From IMG/VR virus record IMGVR_UViG_3300007735_000789: a DNA stretch of 64,000 bases; one strand, 5' to 3'. Position numbers and translations under genes: made by a program. The notes under the pieces were generated by a model. That model saw only the letters and a program-made list of their open reading frames with translations, was not told the origin of the DNA and ran no database searches. How positions within the stretch are numbered: the stretch's first letter is position 1; every line of letters starts with the position of its first letter. This stretch comes from an uncultured virus (IMG/VR IMGVR_UViG_3300007735_000789) (taxonomy: Duplodnaviria; Heunggongvirae; Uroviricota; Caudoviricetes). Below, one piece after another: positions 9,675 through 20,057 of the stretch.

Positions 9675-10217
9675 ATGAGCGAATTTTATACGATTCCCTC
9701 CGGTGTCACCCATACCTTGGTAAAACACACATTTATAACTGGTTCTGTGCTTGTGCCTTTTGATCCAGATTTAACTTTATCTACGGAACTTAAACAACAC
9801 AATTACACCGTAACGACAAATACAGATATTGAAAATATAACGGACCCAAATTGGTGGGTCGGGATGCGCGAACAAGCATTTGATTGGGTTATTTGTTCAA
9901 CAATGGGTTTAAAGTCTCTAAGCGAATTCATTTTGGAATATGGTATGAACATAGCGACGAATGGAGTCGCCGTACTGGACAGGCTTTCGTTTATCGAACC
10001 GGTAGCACGACGCAGAACATTCCTTCTAAAGAATAAATTGTCGAATATGGTGGTCCTGTCTCCACGCCCACGATTCAGGTCCATCGGTTCAACGAAGGAC
10101 TCAGTAACAGCTTGTTGGTTTGTCTTCCAAAAACCCGAATTGTGGAGAGATGGTACGATGATCTCTTATGCTGTAAATTGGGAAGACATTGGAGCCCTAC
10201 CGGAGCTGCCGACATGA
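9675..10217 (+). CDS. Phage DNA methyltransferase-like protein, degenerate motifs
   Basis: EFYTIP, VLVPFDPD, DWVICSTMG (expected DWxxTNPPF/Y), RLSFIEP, DSVTACWFVF. Confidence 0.6.
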   Translation: MSEFYTIPSGVTHTLVKHTFITGSVLVPFDPDLTLSTELKQHNYTVTTNTDIENITDPNWWVGMREQAFDWVICSTMGLKSLSEFILEYGMNIATNGVAVLDRLSFIEPVARRRTFLLKNKLSNMVVLSPRPRFRSIGSTKDSVTACWFVFQKPELWRDGTMISYAVNWEDIGALPELPT

Positions 10218-10579
10218 AATCACGAGCAGAAAAATTTGAGGCGTTTCAGAAGTCCGTCTTGAACCATCTGACTAAACTAAACGATAAACTAGATAAGCTT
10301 TGTGCGTTATCTGTGTCGAACCAACTTCTTCAGGAATGCGTGGGACCAGACGGTACTCCTAGGTCCGCTGAGGAATGTGGAGAAGTCGTAGTGGAATCCT
10401 ACATGGCAGGCATGTGTATGAGCGAAGAACTGGAAGCCCATACGAAAGATTTTCGTTACCAAAAATCCGAGTTCTTCTTAGATGATGACGAAGAAGATGA
10501 TGATGAAGGAGACGAGGACGATGAAGGACCGGACAATACCATTTTCAATCCGCCTCGATTGCCAGTAAATGCATTCTGA
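10214..10579 (+). CDS. Hypothetical protein with acidic tract
   Basis: ATGA overlap with the upstream gene; poly-D/E near the C-terminus. Confidence 0.7.
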   Translation: MKSRAEKFEAFQKSVLNHLTKLNDKLDKLCALSVSNQLLQECVGPDGTPRSAEECGEVVVESYMAGMCMSEELEAHTKDFRYQKSEFFLDDDEEDDDEGDEDDEGPDNTIFNPPRLPVNAF

Positions 10580-10618
10580 TCTAGATGCGCTAGAGTTTAA
10601 TTAATTCGACACGTTGTT

Positions 10619-11389
10619 GTGTCCCAGACAAGACTTACGTTAAATGGGCTTCGTCATTACAATTGTCAGGGAGTTCCTAGACCACTACCTTCCGTAACAA
10701 GTGTATTGTCTGCCACACAGACAGCGGAAACTCAGCAAAAACTGGCTCACTGGAACATAATGAATCCTGGTGTTGCAGATGCTGCAGCAGCCCGAGGAAC
10801 TTGGATACACAATGCAGTTGAAAACTACATCCGTGGTTTAGCCGTTAGACCTTCCGCAGAATTGATGCCGTTCTGGGAAGATCTTCCTGAGAAACTCGAT
10901 GAACTTTTTGAAGGCGGAAAAATTCTGTGGTCAGAAAAGCCCTACAACCAACCACAGTGGTCCAAATTCGTAGGGGATGACGGTGTTGGGCGGATACATT
11001 ATTACGATGAAGTAACTGGTTACGGGTATGCTGGCTGCCCTGACATTGTTTATAAAGACGCTACCGGAGAGCTAATCCTCGGAGACTTTAAAACGTCGGC
11101 AGGTCCATATAGTTATAAATTTCCAAAAGCTAATAGTGGGCTAGACGAAAAAACCCGCAAAGCTCTTGTCAGCGGTGTGTTCAAGCTCAAGAAAACAAAA
11201 CTTCAACTAGCTGCATACGCTATAGCAGCTGAGCACTGTCTGGGAACTAAGATTGAAAAGACGCGCATTATAGTAGCAACGCCTATTAAGGACTATTCTG
11301 TGCAGGTATTCACGTTTGGACCAAGCGAAGTTGAAAAAGATAAAGAGATGTGGATGGCCGTGCTACGCAAGTATTACGAACAAATTTAA
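10619..11389 (+). CDS. PD-(D/E)XK exonuclease (RecB/Cas4-like phage exonuclease)
   Basis: LPSVTSVL, RGTWIH, YAGCPD, GDFKTS, QLAAY. Confidence 0.9.
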   Translation: MSQTRLTLNGLRHYNCQGVPRPLPSVTSVLSATQTAETQQKLAHWNIMNPGVADAAAARGTWIHNAVENYIRGLAVRPSAELMPFWEDLPEKLDELFEGGKILWSEKPYNQPQWSKFVGDDGVGRIHYYDEVTGYGYAGCPDIVYKDATGELILGDFKTSAGPYSYKFPKANSGLDEKTRKALVSGVFKLKKTKLQLAAYAIAAEHCLGTKIEKTRIIVATPIKDYSVQVFTFGPSEVEKDKEMWMAVLRKYYEQI

Positions 11390-11458
11390 CCATCAATGCC
11401 GGGTTGCCCGTGGCGAGGGCTGTCTTGTCATGGCAAAATGAGTGAACGGAGTGAGTCC

Positions 11459-14191
11459 ATGAATTTTGTTTGTTCAATCAATGAAGAGGTTCGCAAATAC
11501 GTCAACAGCAAAACTGGAAAGATAAGTGTAGGCGGAAACTTTAAATCCTTTAACGAGAACTGGATTCCCACTAACACATCTATAGATCTTATAGCTGACC
11601 AAGTTAATCGAGGCGCAGGTCTTTGCGCGTGGCACTTAATAAACGGTAAACGAGTTAAAGACTCTACGGGATGTATTCAGGCGGGTCTAATAATCGTAGA
11701 TATTGATAACCAGGCAGACGGAAAAACAACAGAAGGAGATAAAGTACAGAAACAAGAGCTTACTGTTGAGCAGGCTTTAGAACTAGATGTATGCAAGAAG
11801 TATCTTTCGTACGCTTACTACTCGCCTAGTTCCACGCCGGAGTGGCCTCGGTTTCGTTTAGTTTTTGGGTTAGAGAAAGTAATAATTGATCCTGAGTTTT
11901 TTCAGTGGTTTACTCGTAAGATATCTTCAGCAATTCCGGGTTCAGATCGTAGAGCAACGTCAACAGTTAACTTGTTCTACGGTGCAAAAGATAACTCGGA
12001 AGTTATCTGTTTAACTGATAAGTTCATACCAGAAGATAAAATTGATCAAGCATATGTCTCGTTTTTAGCGGAACCGAAAGAAGCGAGTTCGGAAAGCAGT
12101 CCAGAAGATGCCTTAACAATTACGCAAACTTACGACGGAGTTGACTTATCTAAGTTAGTTAGCAACGCTGTCAAATCAATTTTGGACGGGGATCCGGTAG
12201 AGGATCGCTCGTTTGCCATGGCAATGGCCCTCAAAGAAATCATTGGGTGGACTAACTGGCTAAAGGAAGCAGGTCTGACCGTTCGTGAAAACCCTCTTGA
12301 CATAGCACACCGTGCGTTCTATGCTCTGTATGACTACGCCCCCGAACTAGACGGCAAATTTACCCGCATCCTCAACAGCATCACAGATGCAGTTTCACTA
12401 AAACCTGCGATTTCAATCGCTGCTGAAAACGGTGAAATAGCTCCTTGGAAAAAAATAAAGATAAGCAACAAGGAGATCTATGATGCTCAGTGCCCAGATG
12501 ATATTAAAAACAACATAAGTAGTTCAAAACCAAAGCCAACAAATTCCATCTTGGCTTTTGATATTTTTTTATCAGATCAAATTGCAGAACAACATCCTTT
12601 AGAAGAAATGGTTACCACGCCGACTACGCCAACACAATTGATTAATCTGCAGCCGAACAACAGGCAGTTCTCTGAGAACGATATTGCCGATGTAATTGTT
12701 AACAACTACGGCGACAAGTTTTTGTTCGACTCAATCTTAGATGAGTTCTTTACATATGACGATGATCAGGGGATTTGGTACCTACAGGATGATCAACATA
12801 TTAAGCGTCGGATTGTTAAGACCCTTGATACATTTATTACGGCGGGTATTCTACCTAGATACACATCAGCTACCGTCACTTCGGTATATCAAATACTTAA
12901 AGCAAAGATGCTGAAGTCGATTGACGGCGGACGCACACCCATATGGAGTAAAGGGCGCCGTTTCATTGCATTTAAGAACGGTATCTTAGATCCAGATAAA
13001 CAGCAGTTCAGTGCTGGTAATCATAAAGACTTGTATCTAAGGACTAAGCTTGGTTACGATTACGATCCGGCAGCAAAATGCCCACTCTTTTTGACATGGC
13101 TTGAACACGCAGTCGGCACTGAGAAAGTAGTTATCCTCCAAGCGTTCCTCCGAGCACTCGTAACTGGTTACGTTACAGGCGAAAAATTCTTGCACTTGAT
13201 TGGTCCTGGCGGTACGGGTAAGTCCACGCTGCAGCAAATCCTGATTGCCTTGGCAGGTTACGGAGGGACTCACACAAGTGATCTGGAAACCATCGAAACA
13301 AATAGATTTGAAACACACAATCTTATCGGTAAGAGATTGCTTCTCCTAACTGACGAAGCTTCATTCTCAAAGCGACTGGATACTCTTAAAAAACTTACTT
13401 CATCCTCCGATACCCTACGAGCTGAACGGAAGTACGGCACCCAGACAATAAACTTCAAACCAGAGTTGATGGTTTGTATTGCATCAAACGAGCATATATC
13501 TTCATCCGACATCAGTAGCGGACTAGAGCGCCGAAGACTGACCATTGTCATGGATAAGGTTGTTCCGCCTTCTCAGCGCAAGAATCTTATAAATGTGTAT
13601 GAGGATCGAGTCGAAGGGGAACTGGCACCAGAACTATCGGGTATTGTTAGCTGGGCTCTATCGATGAGCTTTGACGATATGCGGGACGTTCTCAGCAACC
13701 CGGTAAAACACTGCCCAACCTTGAACGCCACGGACATCGAAGCTTTGGTGTTCAACAATCCGATCTGCGCGTGGCTCTCCGATTGTTGCCTATTCGCGCC
13801 GAATTCAATGACTTCGATTGGTGGTGGTGCATTCCGCCCATCAACCGATGAAAGTGAACGTGGCTTGTATGTAAAGAATGCATACATAGAACTATACGCA
13901 AGTTATGTAAACTTCTGTAAATCAAATGGATACAAGCATGCTGCTAAGCAAAGATTTGTAGATCGCCTCAAAGAAACCGTCCAGAATGTCCTCAAAATTC
14001 GTGGGGTGGAACCCCGATTGATTGGGGGTAAAGCAGTCGTAACTGGACTAAGATTGAAGGCGTTCGACGTTACGACGGATCGAGCGACCTATGGTGATTC
14101 ACGCCTGCCATCCCCGATAGAATGGGCATCAAACCCCACCCTCGATAACTGGAAAACTGCTTTTGAAACCCATGACGGAACATCCAACTAA
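11459..14191 (+). CDS. Primase-helicase, D5/P4 family (PrimPol-like N-terminus plus SF3 helicase)
   Basis: IIVDID, YYSPS, PRFRLVF; FKNGILD; Walker A GPGGTGKST; Walker B LLLTDE; motif C IASN; RRRL. Confidence 0.93.
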   Translation: MNFVCSINEEVRKYVNSKTGKISVGGNFKSFNENWIPTNTSIDLIADQVNRGAGLCAWHLINGKRVKDSTGCIQAGLIIVDIDNQADGKTTEGDKVQKQELTVEQALELDVCKKYLSYAYYSPSSTPEWPRFRLVFGLEKVIIDPEFFQWFTRKISSAIPGSDRRATSTVNLFYGAKDNSEVICLTDKFIPEDKIDQAYVSFLAEPKEASSESSPEDALTITQTYDGVDLSKLVSNAVKSILDGDPVEDRSFAMAMALKEIIGWTNWLKEAGLTVRENPLDIAHRAFYALYDYAPELDGKFTRILNSITDAVSLKPAISIAAENGEIAPWKKIKISNKEIYDAQCPDDIKNNISSSKPKPTNSILAFDIFLSDQIAEQHPLEEMVTTPTTPTQLINLQPNNRQFSENDIADVIVNNYGDKFLFDSILDEFFTYDDDQGIWYLQDDQHIKRRIVKTLDTFITAGILPRYTSATVTSVYQILKAKMLKSIDGGRTPIWSKGRRFIAFKNGILDPDKQQFSAGNHKDLYLRTKLGYDYDPAAKCPLFLTWLEHAVGTEKVVILQAFLRALVTGYVTGEKFLHLIGPGGTGKSTLQQILIALAGYGGTHTSDLETIETNRFETHNLIGKRLLLLTDEASFSKRLDTLKKLTSSSDTLRAERKYGTQTINFKPELMVCIASNEHISSSDISSGLERRRLTIVMDKVVPPSQRKNLINVYEDRVEGELAPELSGIVSWALSMSFDDMRDVLSNPVKHCPTLNATDIEALVFNNPICAWLSDCCLFAPNSMTSIGGGAFRPSTDESERGLYVKNAYIELYASYVNFCKSNGYKHAAKQRFVDRLKETVQNVLKIRGVEPRLIGGKAVVTGLRLKAFDVTTDRATYGDSRLPSPIEWASNPTLDNWKTAFETHDGTSN

Positions 14192-14780
14192 ATTGTTTTT
14201 TAGCGGTGCTTTGGCTACCGCAGTCGTTGCAAGCCTGTCTTCAGCTGCCTTTGCCCCACAGGTGTTTTCGTCAGTCTTGGCGGCATCGGGTGGAGCTTTG
14301 GCGGGAATGTCGCTGCTTGGAGAACAAAAACGCTCTAAAGAACAAGAAGCTCTTGAGGCCACTCAAGTTACTGCTTCCTTTAGTCAGCTTTATGAGTCCA
14401 ACAAAGGTATCATCTCTCCTCAACAACTGTCAGTACACACCGGAGTGCCTCTAGACAGAATCTTAGAATTTCTAGATAATCTAGCAACAGAACAAAAAGG
14501 ACAACGGATAACCGCTAACGACACTCTTATTTATTCATTTCCTCATCCAAAAAACGCTCTGTCCGAACTGACGGCAAATGCTCAGAACTGGGCTGCTGCA
14601 CAGACTGAATCTTTGATGGGCCAGATCGGTGCGCTACAGCAGCGATTGACTCTATTAGCAGCACATCAAGCGAGGAACCAAGCTAGCTCCCCAGTGCCCA
14701 CGGGTTTGATGCCTCTCCAACCATTAAGTAATGATAAGAATGATGAAAAAAGGATTGACCCTTGGAATAGCATGTTATGA
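14172..14780 (+). CDS. Membrane-anchored hypothetical protein with wHTH-like middle region
   Basis: Hydrophobic N-terminal segments; GIISPQQLSVHTGVPLDRILEFL. Confidence 0.7.
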   Translation: MTEHPTKLFFSGALATAVVASLSSAAFAPQVFSSVLAASGGALAGMSLLGEQKRSKEQEALEATQVTASFSQLYESNKGIISPQQLSVHTGVPLDRILEFLDNLATEQKGQRITANDTLIYSFPHPKNALSELTANAQNWAAAQTESLMGQIGALQQRLTLLAAHQARNQASSPVPTGLMPLQPLSNDKNDEKRIDPWNSML

Positions 14781-14811
14781 TTAAAAAACGCGGAAGCTAG
14801 GCGAACTTCTG

Positions 14812-14837
14812 GGCGGGCCTAATACAAGCCCGCCTTT
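14812..14837. terminator. Hairpin/terminator between convergent operons
   Basis: GGCGGGC-ctaatacaa-GCCCGCC-ttt. Confidence 0.65.
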
Positions 14838-14879
14838 CGCTTAGTTGGCGTCAAATACTAAGCCACCCACGCGGGCTTT

Positions 14880-15011
14880 TTAGGTGCGAGGAAACGCTTC
14901 TTGATAACGCAAACGACGGGTAACCTCGCTCGGTGTGGTGTTAGCCATACGCGCAGCATCTATGCCAAGGCGAGCACCTGCCATCCGGACAGGAAAATCA
15001 TTTTCACCCAT
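14880..15011 (-). CDS. 43 aa orphan protein absent from the ORF track (MGENDFPVRMAGARLG...)
   Basis: Start overlaps the upstream stop (ATGGGTGA); contains FPVRMAG. Confidence 0.65.
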   Translation of the reverse strand: MGENDFPVRMAGARLGIDAARMANTTPSEVTRRLRYQEAFPRT

Positions 15012-15522
15012 TGCTGGCAATTTGCTTCTGTGCTTTAACTTTAGCCAGAGCCATCAAATTAGTAGGTGAATTATGGGTTGTAACAATCTTATTATCCGAA
15101 ATTTGTTGAGTATTTAAAAAGTACTGACCTTGCCCTAAGGTAAGATTTCGCAGAAGTTCCCGGTGCTTAGGAGTATTAGCAGCAACGGAAGCCATGTACT
15201 GAAGCTGACTCATATCATCAGCACTGTCCTTTAAAGGTATCTGCCGTTGGTTATACCCAGCCACGCCGGTCAGCTCGGTACTTTTCTTGATATTGCCTTC
15301 GCCATACTCAACAGGACCGATGGGCGGCCTGGGATAAACACCACGATCGTGCTGAAGTTGGGCTGTGATCCGCCCTGAGTCGTCCAAAGTCATGCCTCGA
15401 CGAACACCAATGTCCCCCGGAGTATTGGTCCCCATGACGCTGGCAGGCAGCACCTGAAGGCCACCGATCGGTTTCATTTCGGCGGGAAGCTTGTTCTCAC
15501 CAGGCTTGGGTAAAATTGCCAT
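15004..15522 (-). CDS. Hypothetical protein
   Basis: 172 aa, TAATG-coupled to the upstream gene. Confidence 0.75.
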   Translation of the reverse strand: MAILPKPGENKLPAEMKPIGGLQVLPASVMGTNTPGDIGVRRGMTLDDSGRITAQLQHDRGVYPRPPIGPVEYGEGNIKKSTELTGVAGYNQRQIPLKDSADDMSQLQYMASVAANTPKHRELLRNLTLGQGQYFLNTQQISDNKIVTTHNSPTNLMALAKVKAQKQIASNG

Positions 15523-15752
15523 TACTGCCGAGACCTATTGGTGCTACGAGATACCACCCTAATGTTAGCATCGCTGTTATTTGCCGGGTTGTGATCTTTA
15601 TGATCTATATCTTTACCGTCTCCTTTATGTACTCGACCTTCACGTTCTAACCTTCGACGAGCTTTATTACGAGCCGCACGGCGTTTCTTCTGAGCTTCAG
15701 TAGCATGAAAATCTTCATACTCTTTTTTATAATTTCGATTACGCTCAGTCAT
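15522..15752 (-). CDS. Small HNH-type protein
   Basis: RNYKKEY...GDGKDIDHKDHNPANNSDANIRVVSRSTNR. Confidence 0.75.
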   Translation of the reverse strand: MTERNRNYKKEYEDFHATEAQKKRRAARNKARRRLEREGRVHKGDGKDIDHKDHNPANNSDANIRVVSRSTNRSRQ

Positions 15753-15764
15753 AATCTAAGGCAT

Positions 15765-15914
15765 CTATGTACAGTTTAACCTCTGTAAAGGCTCACTAAG
15801 AGGCTCCCCTCGACAAGCTTTACAAGCTTGTTTATAGAAAAAACAATCAGTTTTATTCGCTTGTTCAAGTGCAACTTTAATTTTCTGCCACTTTTCAAGC
15901 AAGTGATCTTCCAT
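15765..15914 (-). CDS. 49 aa cyanophage-type hypothetical protein absent from the ORF track
   Basis: MEDHLLEKWQKIKVALEQANKTDCFFYKQA...; TAATG overlap. Confidence 0.65.
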   Translation of the reverse strand: MEDHLLEKWQKIKVALEQANKTDCFFYKQACKACRGEPLSEPLQRLNCT

Positions 15915-16228
15915 TAGTACTTAGCAATGGTACAAATTAACTTCCCAATCTCCCAAGATGGTAGTAAATAACCGTAATCTCTGGGGTCAGTTACTGATTC
16001 ATTTGCTTCACACACCCCACAAGTACCCATATGATATGTAGAGTATTCTGTATTTTCTGTCCGATAAGATACCATTTCGGGATGATATAAAAATCCGTGT
16101 GTTACCCCACACGAATGACAAACCCACTCTGGTTGATCTTTAGCAGTTCCAAGCTTCATAAGACACCATCCGATCAAGTCGTAAAATTCTTGGTCGGGAC
16201 GACCTTCTACTGAAAAAGCAGAAATCAT
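15914..16228 (-). CDS. Zinc-ribbon hypothetical protein
   Basis: CHSC and CGVC pairs. Confidence 0.7.
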   Translation of the reverse strand: MISAFSVEGRPDQEFYDLIGWCLMKLGTAKDQPEWVCHSCGVTHGFLYHPEMVSYRTENTEYSTYHMGTCGVCEANESVTDPRDYGYLLPSWEIGKLICTIAKY

Positions 16229-16482
16229 TATCCCGTAATAGCAACTTCTTTAGCTTCTTTAACTTCTTGCATAACCGTATCCCTAAAATAACTTGCAATG
16301 TCTTCTTTATATTTCTCCCAAAGTCCTGTGTATGTATGATCTTCGGGATTGTATAGTTCGTACAACCACTCCATAAAATCAGCTTTTCGCTGTTCTGCTT
16401 GCGTATCCCAGTCGATCAAAAAACCTTCAGTGTCCACGGTGGATCCTGCTTGTCTAGAGATCCTAGCATCGTTCCGCAGCAA
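16228..16482 (-). CDS. Hypothetical cyanophage protein
   Basis: 84 aa, coupled to the downstream gene; start codon uncertain. Confidence 0.65.
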   Translation of the reverse strand: MLRNDARISRQAGSTVDTEGFLIDWDTQAEQRKADFMEWLYELYNPEDHTYTGLWEKYKEDIASYFRDTVMQEVKEAKEVAITG

Positions 16483-16669
16483 GCAAATAAAGACAACCTG
16501 TAAGACTTACTTACAGGTTTTTAAATTGTTCTTGATCTTTTTTGGCTTGTTTCCGGATCTTACGTTCCTTAAGCCACAGCTGAAAATAAGCAATCTCTCC
16601 GGTTGTATAAAGCCAGAAATTACGAAGTGCTTCTTTAACCAATTTTTTGCGTGATGACATAGTGTGACC

Positions 16670-17914
16670 TCACTTTTTAGCTTTGATAAACCAGCCAGAC
16701 CCGGGGCCTTCAACAAGCCAACGGGAAGACAGATTCTTTTTTGAGTATACCAGATGCTTTCCGTTGGAGTTTACGTATCCACCATTGACTAAATCTAGTT
16801 CACCGTTAGGATCGTTAACTACATAAGCCGTGTTGGTCTCGTTACGTCCAATAACTATGATCCAATGGCCGCCACCCGTTGGGTTACTTGCAGGCCCATG
16901 GTGCAAGATACCGATCGGAACTGGAATACCCAGTACTAATTGAGAATCAATATCAGTCCAACCGCCAGTTTGTTTAAACTCGGCATTCACGCCGTAATGC
17001 GCTAGAGCATCTAATTGAACAGGAGCACTCGTTGTATCTCCAAAAGTAAAAACTGTATTAATATATTCGTCATCACCTGAAATACTACCAGGTTTTAAAT
17101 ATTTGAGCAGCATTGCACAGGAGCTGCTGAAACAAGTGCGTTCCGGATCTACGGCGTTATCGCGCTGCGAATAGTAAGGAACATCTAGTACTAATTTACT
17201 TGGGTGAGTTACTACGGGGTTTTGTTCAACAACTTTAGGATCGTTAATTATTTTCCAGTGCGTGGGGAAAAACCACCAGGTTGCTTCCGGTTGTGCAGAT
17301 AAAGAAATTTTATAGTGCGTCTCGCCAGGTAAAATATTTATCTGACTCCACTCATGTGCAGCGCCTTTGGGCACAAAAAGTTTTTCAACGGCGTCTAGCT
17401 CAGAAGCTTGTAAAGGCTTACGCTTGAGCCACGTATCACGCTGAGCAATAATGGTGTGGGCCAAAATGTCGTTCTTCGCGCCCTTTAAGAATAACTCTTG
17501 TTCGGCTTTTCGTCTGGTAACCAACCCAGGCAATGTTTGACTTCCTGCTTTTGTCCACTTTAAAAATTCAGAAACAACAATTTTTTTGTCGGTCTTTTCG
17601 TTAAGAAGACGCAACAAAGTAGAGGATCTTAAAGCTCCAATACCTACGTTGTATGCAAAGCTAACTAGAGCATCAAACTGATTTTGATTTACGGGAACAG
17701 TTAAAGCAGCACTTACTTCGCGTTCAAAATATTCAAGATTTTGACGCAGAAGTTCTTCAGCACGACTTTCAGTTATAACTTGATTTTCTTTTACATCTGG
17801 ACCCGTATGACCGTAACCTATAGTTAAAACGCCCACGGTGTCACGATAAGCCGTTAGCTCGCATCCTTCAAATTTTTTTATAAGCTCAACACCGGCTGCA
17901 GAGGTCCGCATCAC
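16670..17914 (-). CDS. Endolysin: GH24 lysozyme plus C39-like peptidase
   Basis: KKFEG...YRDTVGVLTIGYGH, NQFDALVSFAYNVG; C-terminal VPYYSQRD, CFSSSCAM, GGGHWIIV, NDP. Confidence 0.93.
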   Translation of the reverse strand: MMRTSAAGVELIKKFEGCELTAYRDTVGVLTIGYGHTGPDVKENQVITESRAEELLRQNLEYFEREVSAALTVPVNQNQFDALVSFAYNVGIGALRSSTLLRLLNEKTDKKIVVSEFLKWTKAGSQTLPGLVTRRKAEQELFLKGAKNDILAHTIIAQRDTWLKRKPLQASELDAVEKLFVPKGAAHEWSQINILPGETHYKISLSAQPEATWWFFPTHWKIINDPKVVEQNPVVTHPSKLVLDVPYYSQRDNAVDPERTCFSSSCAMLLKYLKPGSISGDDEYINTVFTFGDTTSAPVQLDALAHYGVNAEFKQTGGWTDIDSQLVLGIPVPIGILHHGPASNPTGGGHWIIVIGRNETNTAYVVNDPNGELDLVNGGYVNSNGKHLVYSKKNLSSRWLVEGPGSGWFIKAKK

Positions 17915-18351
17915 TGGTTATAAACGTCTACCCCAATACGATACTCGCACCCACTGCGACCGTTCAACTCGATGTACATATAATGTGACCCAGATGCGGA
18001 AATCCTGGTCTGGGTTGTGGAATTATTGCGGCTGCTTAACTTAGAAGGCTTAGCATACACAACGGGAGCGCCAGCACTATTTAAGATAACTACATCACGA
18101 ACGTTGTATTGATCCCGGACATTAACTTGAAGAATACCAGTTCCGTTAACAGTTAAGGGATAGTAATCAGAGAGACCAAAGTATCCGTCAACTGTGTATT
18201 TCTTAGAATTAGTCGCGTCTACAACCACGCCGCTGCCGCTAACTTGCCGACGTTGATCGAAGTGAGTTGATGTCGTACGTTGCAAACCACCTGTGGAGGT
18301 ACCGCTGGCAAGTACAACATCAAGCGACAAATTTTTAGAAAATTCAGACAT
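17911..18351 (-). CDS. Putative virion structural protein (beta-rich, SG-rich)
   Basis: ATG 18351 lies 23 nt after gcTAAACT. Confidence 0.65.
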   Translation of the reverse strand: MSEFSKNLSLDVVLASGTSTGGLQRTTSTHFDQRRQVSGSGVVVDATNSKKYTVDGYFGLSDYYPLTVNGTGILQVNVRDQYNVRDVVILNSAGAPVVYAKPSKLSSRNNSTTQTRISASGSHYMYIELNGRSGCEYRIGVDVYNQ

Positions 18352-18437
18352 CCGACTCAATATGCGATGCCCCTAGTTTAGCCTACAAAAAATCTTATGG
18401 GTGGTTAGAATTGATTTGTATGTTTGGGGGCGCGGCA

Positions 18438-18686
18438 ATGGAGGCTTTAGTGACTGGAATTGCCGCCGCTATCGGACTCTTTGGATGGACCTACGAACAA
18501 AGGCAACGAGTAACCGATAAAAGGTTTGAAAACATCAAGACTCGATTAAATTCAGTTGAAGAAAAGATTGAAAAATTACCTATTGATTATGTGCTTAAGA
18601 AAGATTTAAATAATGATTTAGATGAGATTAGGACATGGCTGCGTTCGATTAATGACAAAATAGACACTCTGATACTCTCTCGCTAA
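18438..18686 (+). CDS. Single-TM plus coiled-coil protein (holin/antiholin-like)
   Basis: N-terminal hydrophobic helix; adjacent to the endolysin. Confidence 0.55.
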   Translation: MEALVTGIAAAIGLFGWTYEQRQRVTDKRFENIKTRLNSVEEKIEKLPIDYVLKKDLNNDLDEIRTWLRSINDKIDTLILSR

Positions 18687-18712
18687 TATAGAGCTGAACA
18701 TTCATATTCATC

Positions 18713-18901
18713 ATGTCAGCTTTAATCGCTTACCTTGGCCTCCACGGTGCTGAGTTAGTTGCTCTAGGTACTGCTTTTCATGCCGCCGCTTTGATTATTG
18801 TAAACTTAACTCCAACACCTAACGATAATAAAATTTACGGTAAACTTTATAAAATAATTGAAGTTGTAGCAGGTATTGTTACTAAATTGGCAAAACGTTG
18901 A
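18713..18901 (+). CDS. Putative holin
   Basis: 62 aa, hydrophobic; NLTPTPNDN motif; basic C-terminus. Confidence 0.6.
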   Translation: MSALIAYLGLHGAELVALGTAFHAAALIIVNLTPTPNDNKIYGKLYKIIEVVAGIVTKLAKR

Positions 18902-19600
18902 TTAAGCAATCTGATCAAAAGTAACAATAACAGAAGGAATACTAGGGCGGGTTGGACTTGTCAACCCGCTATAGGCTGCGACAGTTACAGAGGCGGCAGG
19001 AGAGGACCAAGCAATTTGAAAGTTATCTCCTGGAGCGCCAGTTAAAAAATAATTCCACGCGGCAACAGCATGTCCGTTATTGCCGGTTAGAGTAAATCGT
19101 GTATTTGACCAAGGTAAATCTGTATTATTTTTAACAAACCAAACATCTACGTCATCATTAGAGGCATCAGTTTTTTCAAACTGAGCTGAAAATTGAATAT
19201 TATAAATACCTGAAACAGGAACAATAAAACAGGTTCCAGAAGCAACAGTAATACCATCAGAAGACAGCGAAACAGTATTGCAACGCATGTAGTTCTTGCT
19301 TGTAGTCCCAGAACTTACTTGACGTGATGTATCGTAGAAACTTCCATAAACAAAGTTAAGCTGACGAAAAGACTGTTGAACGATACCACTTACACTCTGT
19401 TGAAAAGCGGGTAACTGAGCAAGTGAGTTAGATACTCCGCTCAGTGAAATTTGTTTAGGTTGAGCTAGTGCTTGAATTTCGTTAGTATCTAAAACTAAAA
19501 ATACATCTTCTTCAGTGGCATTAACAGTACTTACGAGATCATTTAAAGGTAATACAGAACGACTAAAATCAAGTGCTTTACTAAGATTCTTACGAGGCAT
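18902..19600 (-). CDS. Structural protein with C1q/TNF-like C-terminal domain
   Basis: VPVSGIYNIQFSAQF, DVWFVKN. Confidence 0.7.
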   Translation of the reverse strand: MPRKNLSKALDFSRSVLPLNDLVSTVNATEEDVFLVLDTNEIQALAQPKQISLSGVSNSLAQLPAFQQSVSGIVQQSFRQLNFVYGSFYDTSRQVSSGTTSKNYMRCNTVSLSSDGITVASGTCFIVPVSGIYNIQFSAQFEKTDASNDDVDVWFVKNNTDLPWSNTRFTLTGNNGHAVAAWNYFLTGAPGDNFQIAWSSPAASVTVAAYSGLTSPTRPSIPSVIVTFDQIA

Positions 19601-19631
19601 GCGGCTAAAACTAGATACTTATACTATACTC

Positions 19632-20057
19632 TCATTCAGACTGATCAGATTCTTTTTCATCCACGGAGGCAGAACTTGGAAGCGAAATGGGCTTTCTGCA
19701 GATTCGTTCGTACTCTCTAGCAGCAATGCTTTGTTCATGATTATAACTAAGCCAATCAAAAATAGCTGTTTCTCGTTCTGCTGTCCAAAAAGTCTGTGAT
19801 CTATACCAAAGCAGCATATCTATATCAGATTTAGCCAAATTACATGTAGGGCAACAAGCAAGCAGGTTCCCACGCTTTGTTGATCCGCCTTTAGCTCGCG
19901 GTACAATATGATCTAAAGTGTGTGCCCTGTCACTATCACAATATGCACATTTATTGTCCCAAGCTTCTAATATATCTTTCCTGAACCGTTTGCGGGCTGT
20001 GCGTCTTTGGAGGCAGTTGAGATCAAATAAAAGCTCGTTCTCCTCGGCGGCGCTCAA
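19632..20057 (-). CDS. HNH endonuclease (McrA-like)
   Basis: CAYC...TLDHIVPRAKGG...NLLACCPTCNLAK. Confidence 0.9.
   Translation of the reverse strand: MSAAEENELLFDLNCLQRRTARKRFRKDILEAWDNKCAYCDSDRAHTLDHIVPRAKGGSTKRGNLLACCPTCNLAKSDIDMLLWYRSQTFWTAERETAIFDWLSYNHEQSIAAREYERICRKPISLPSSASVDEKESDQSE

Noticed and set aside
16670..17200. C39-like domain as the definite RxAG-processing protease
   Set aside because: Fusion to a lysozyme points to a peptidoglycan peptidase role; kept only as a weak candidate.
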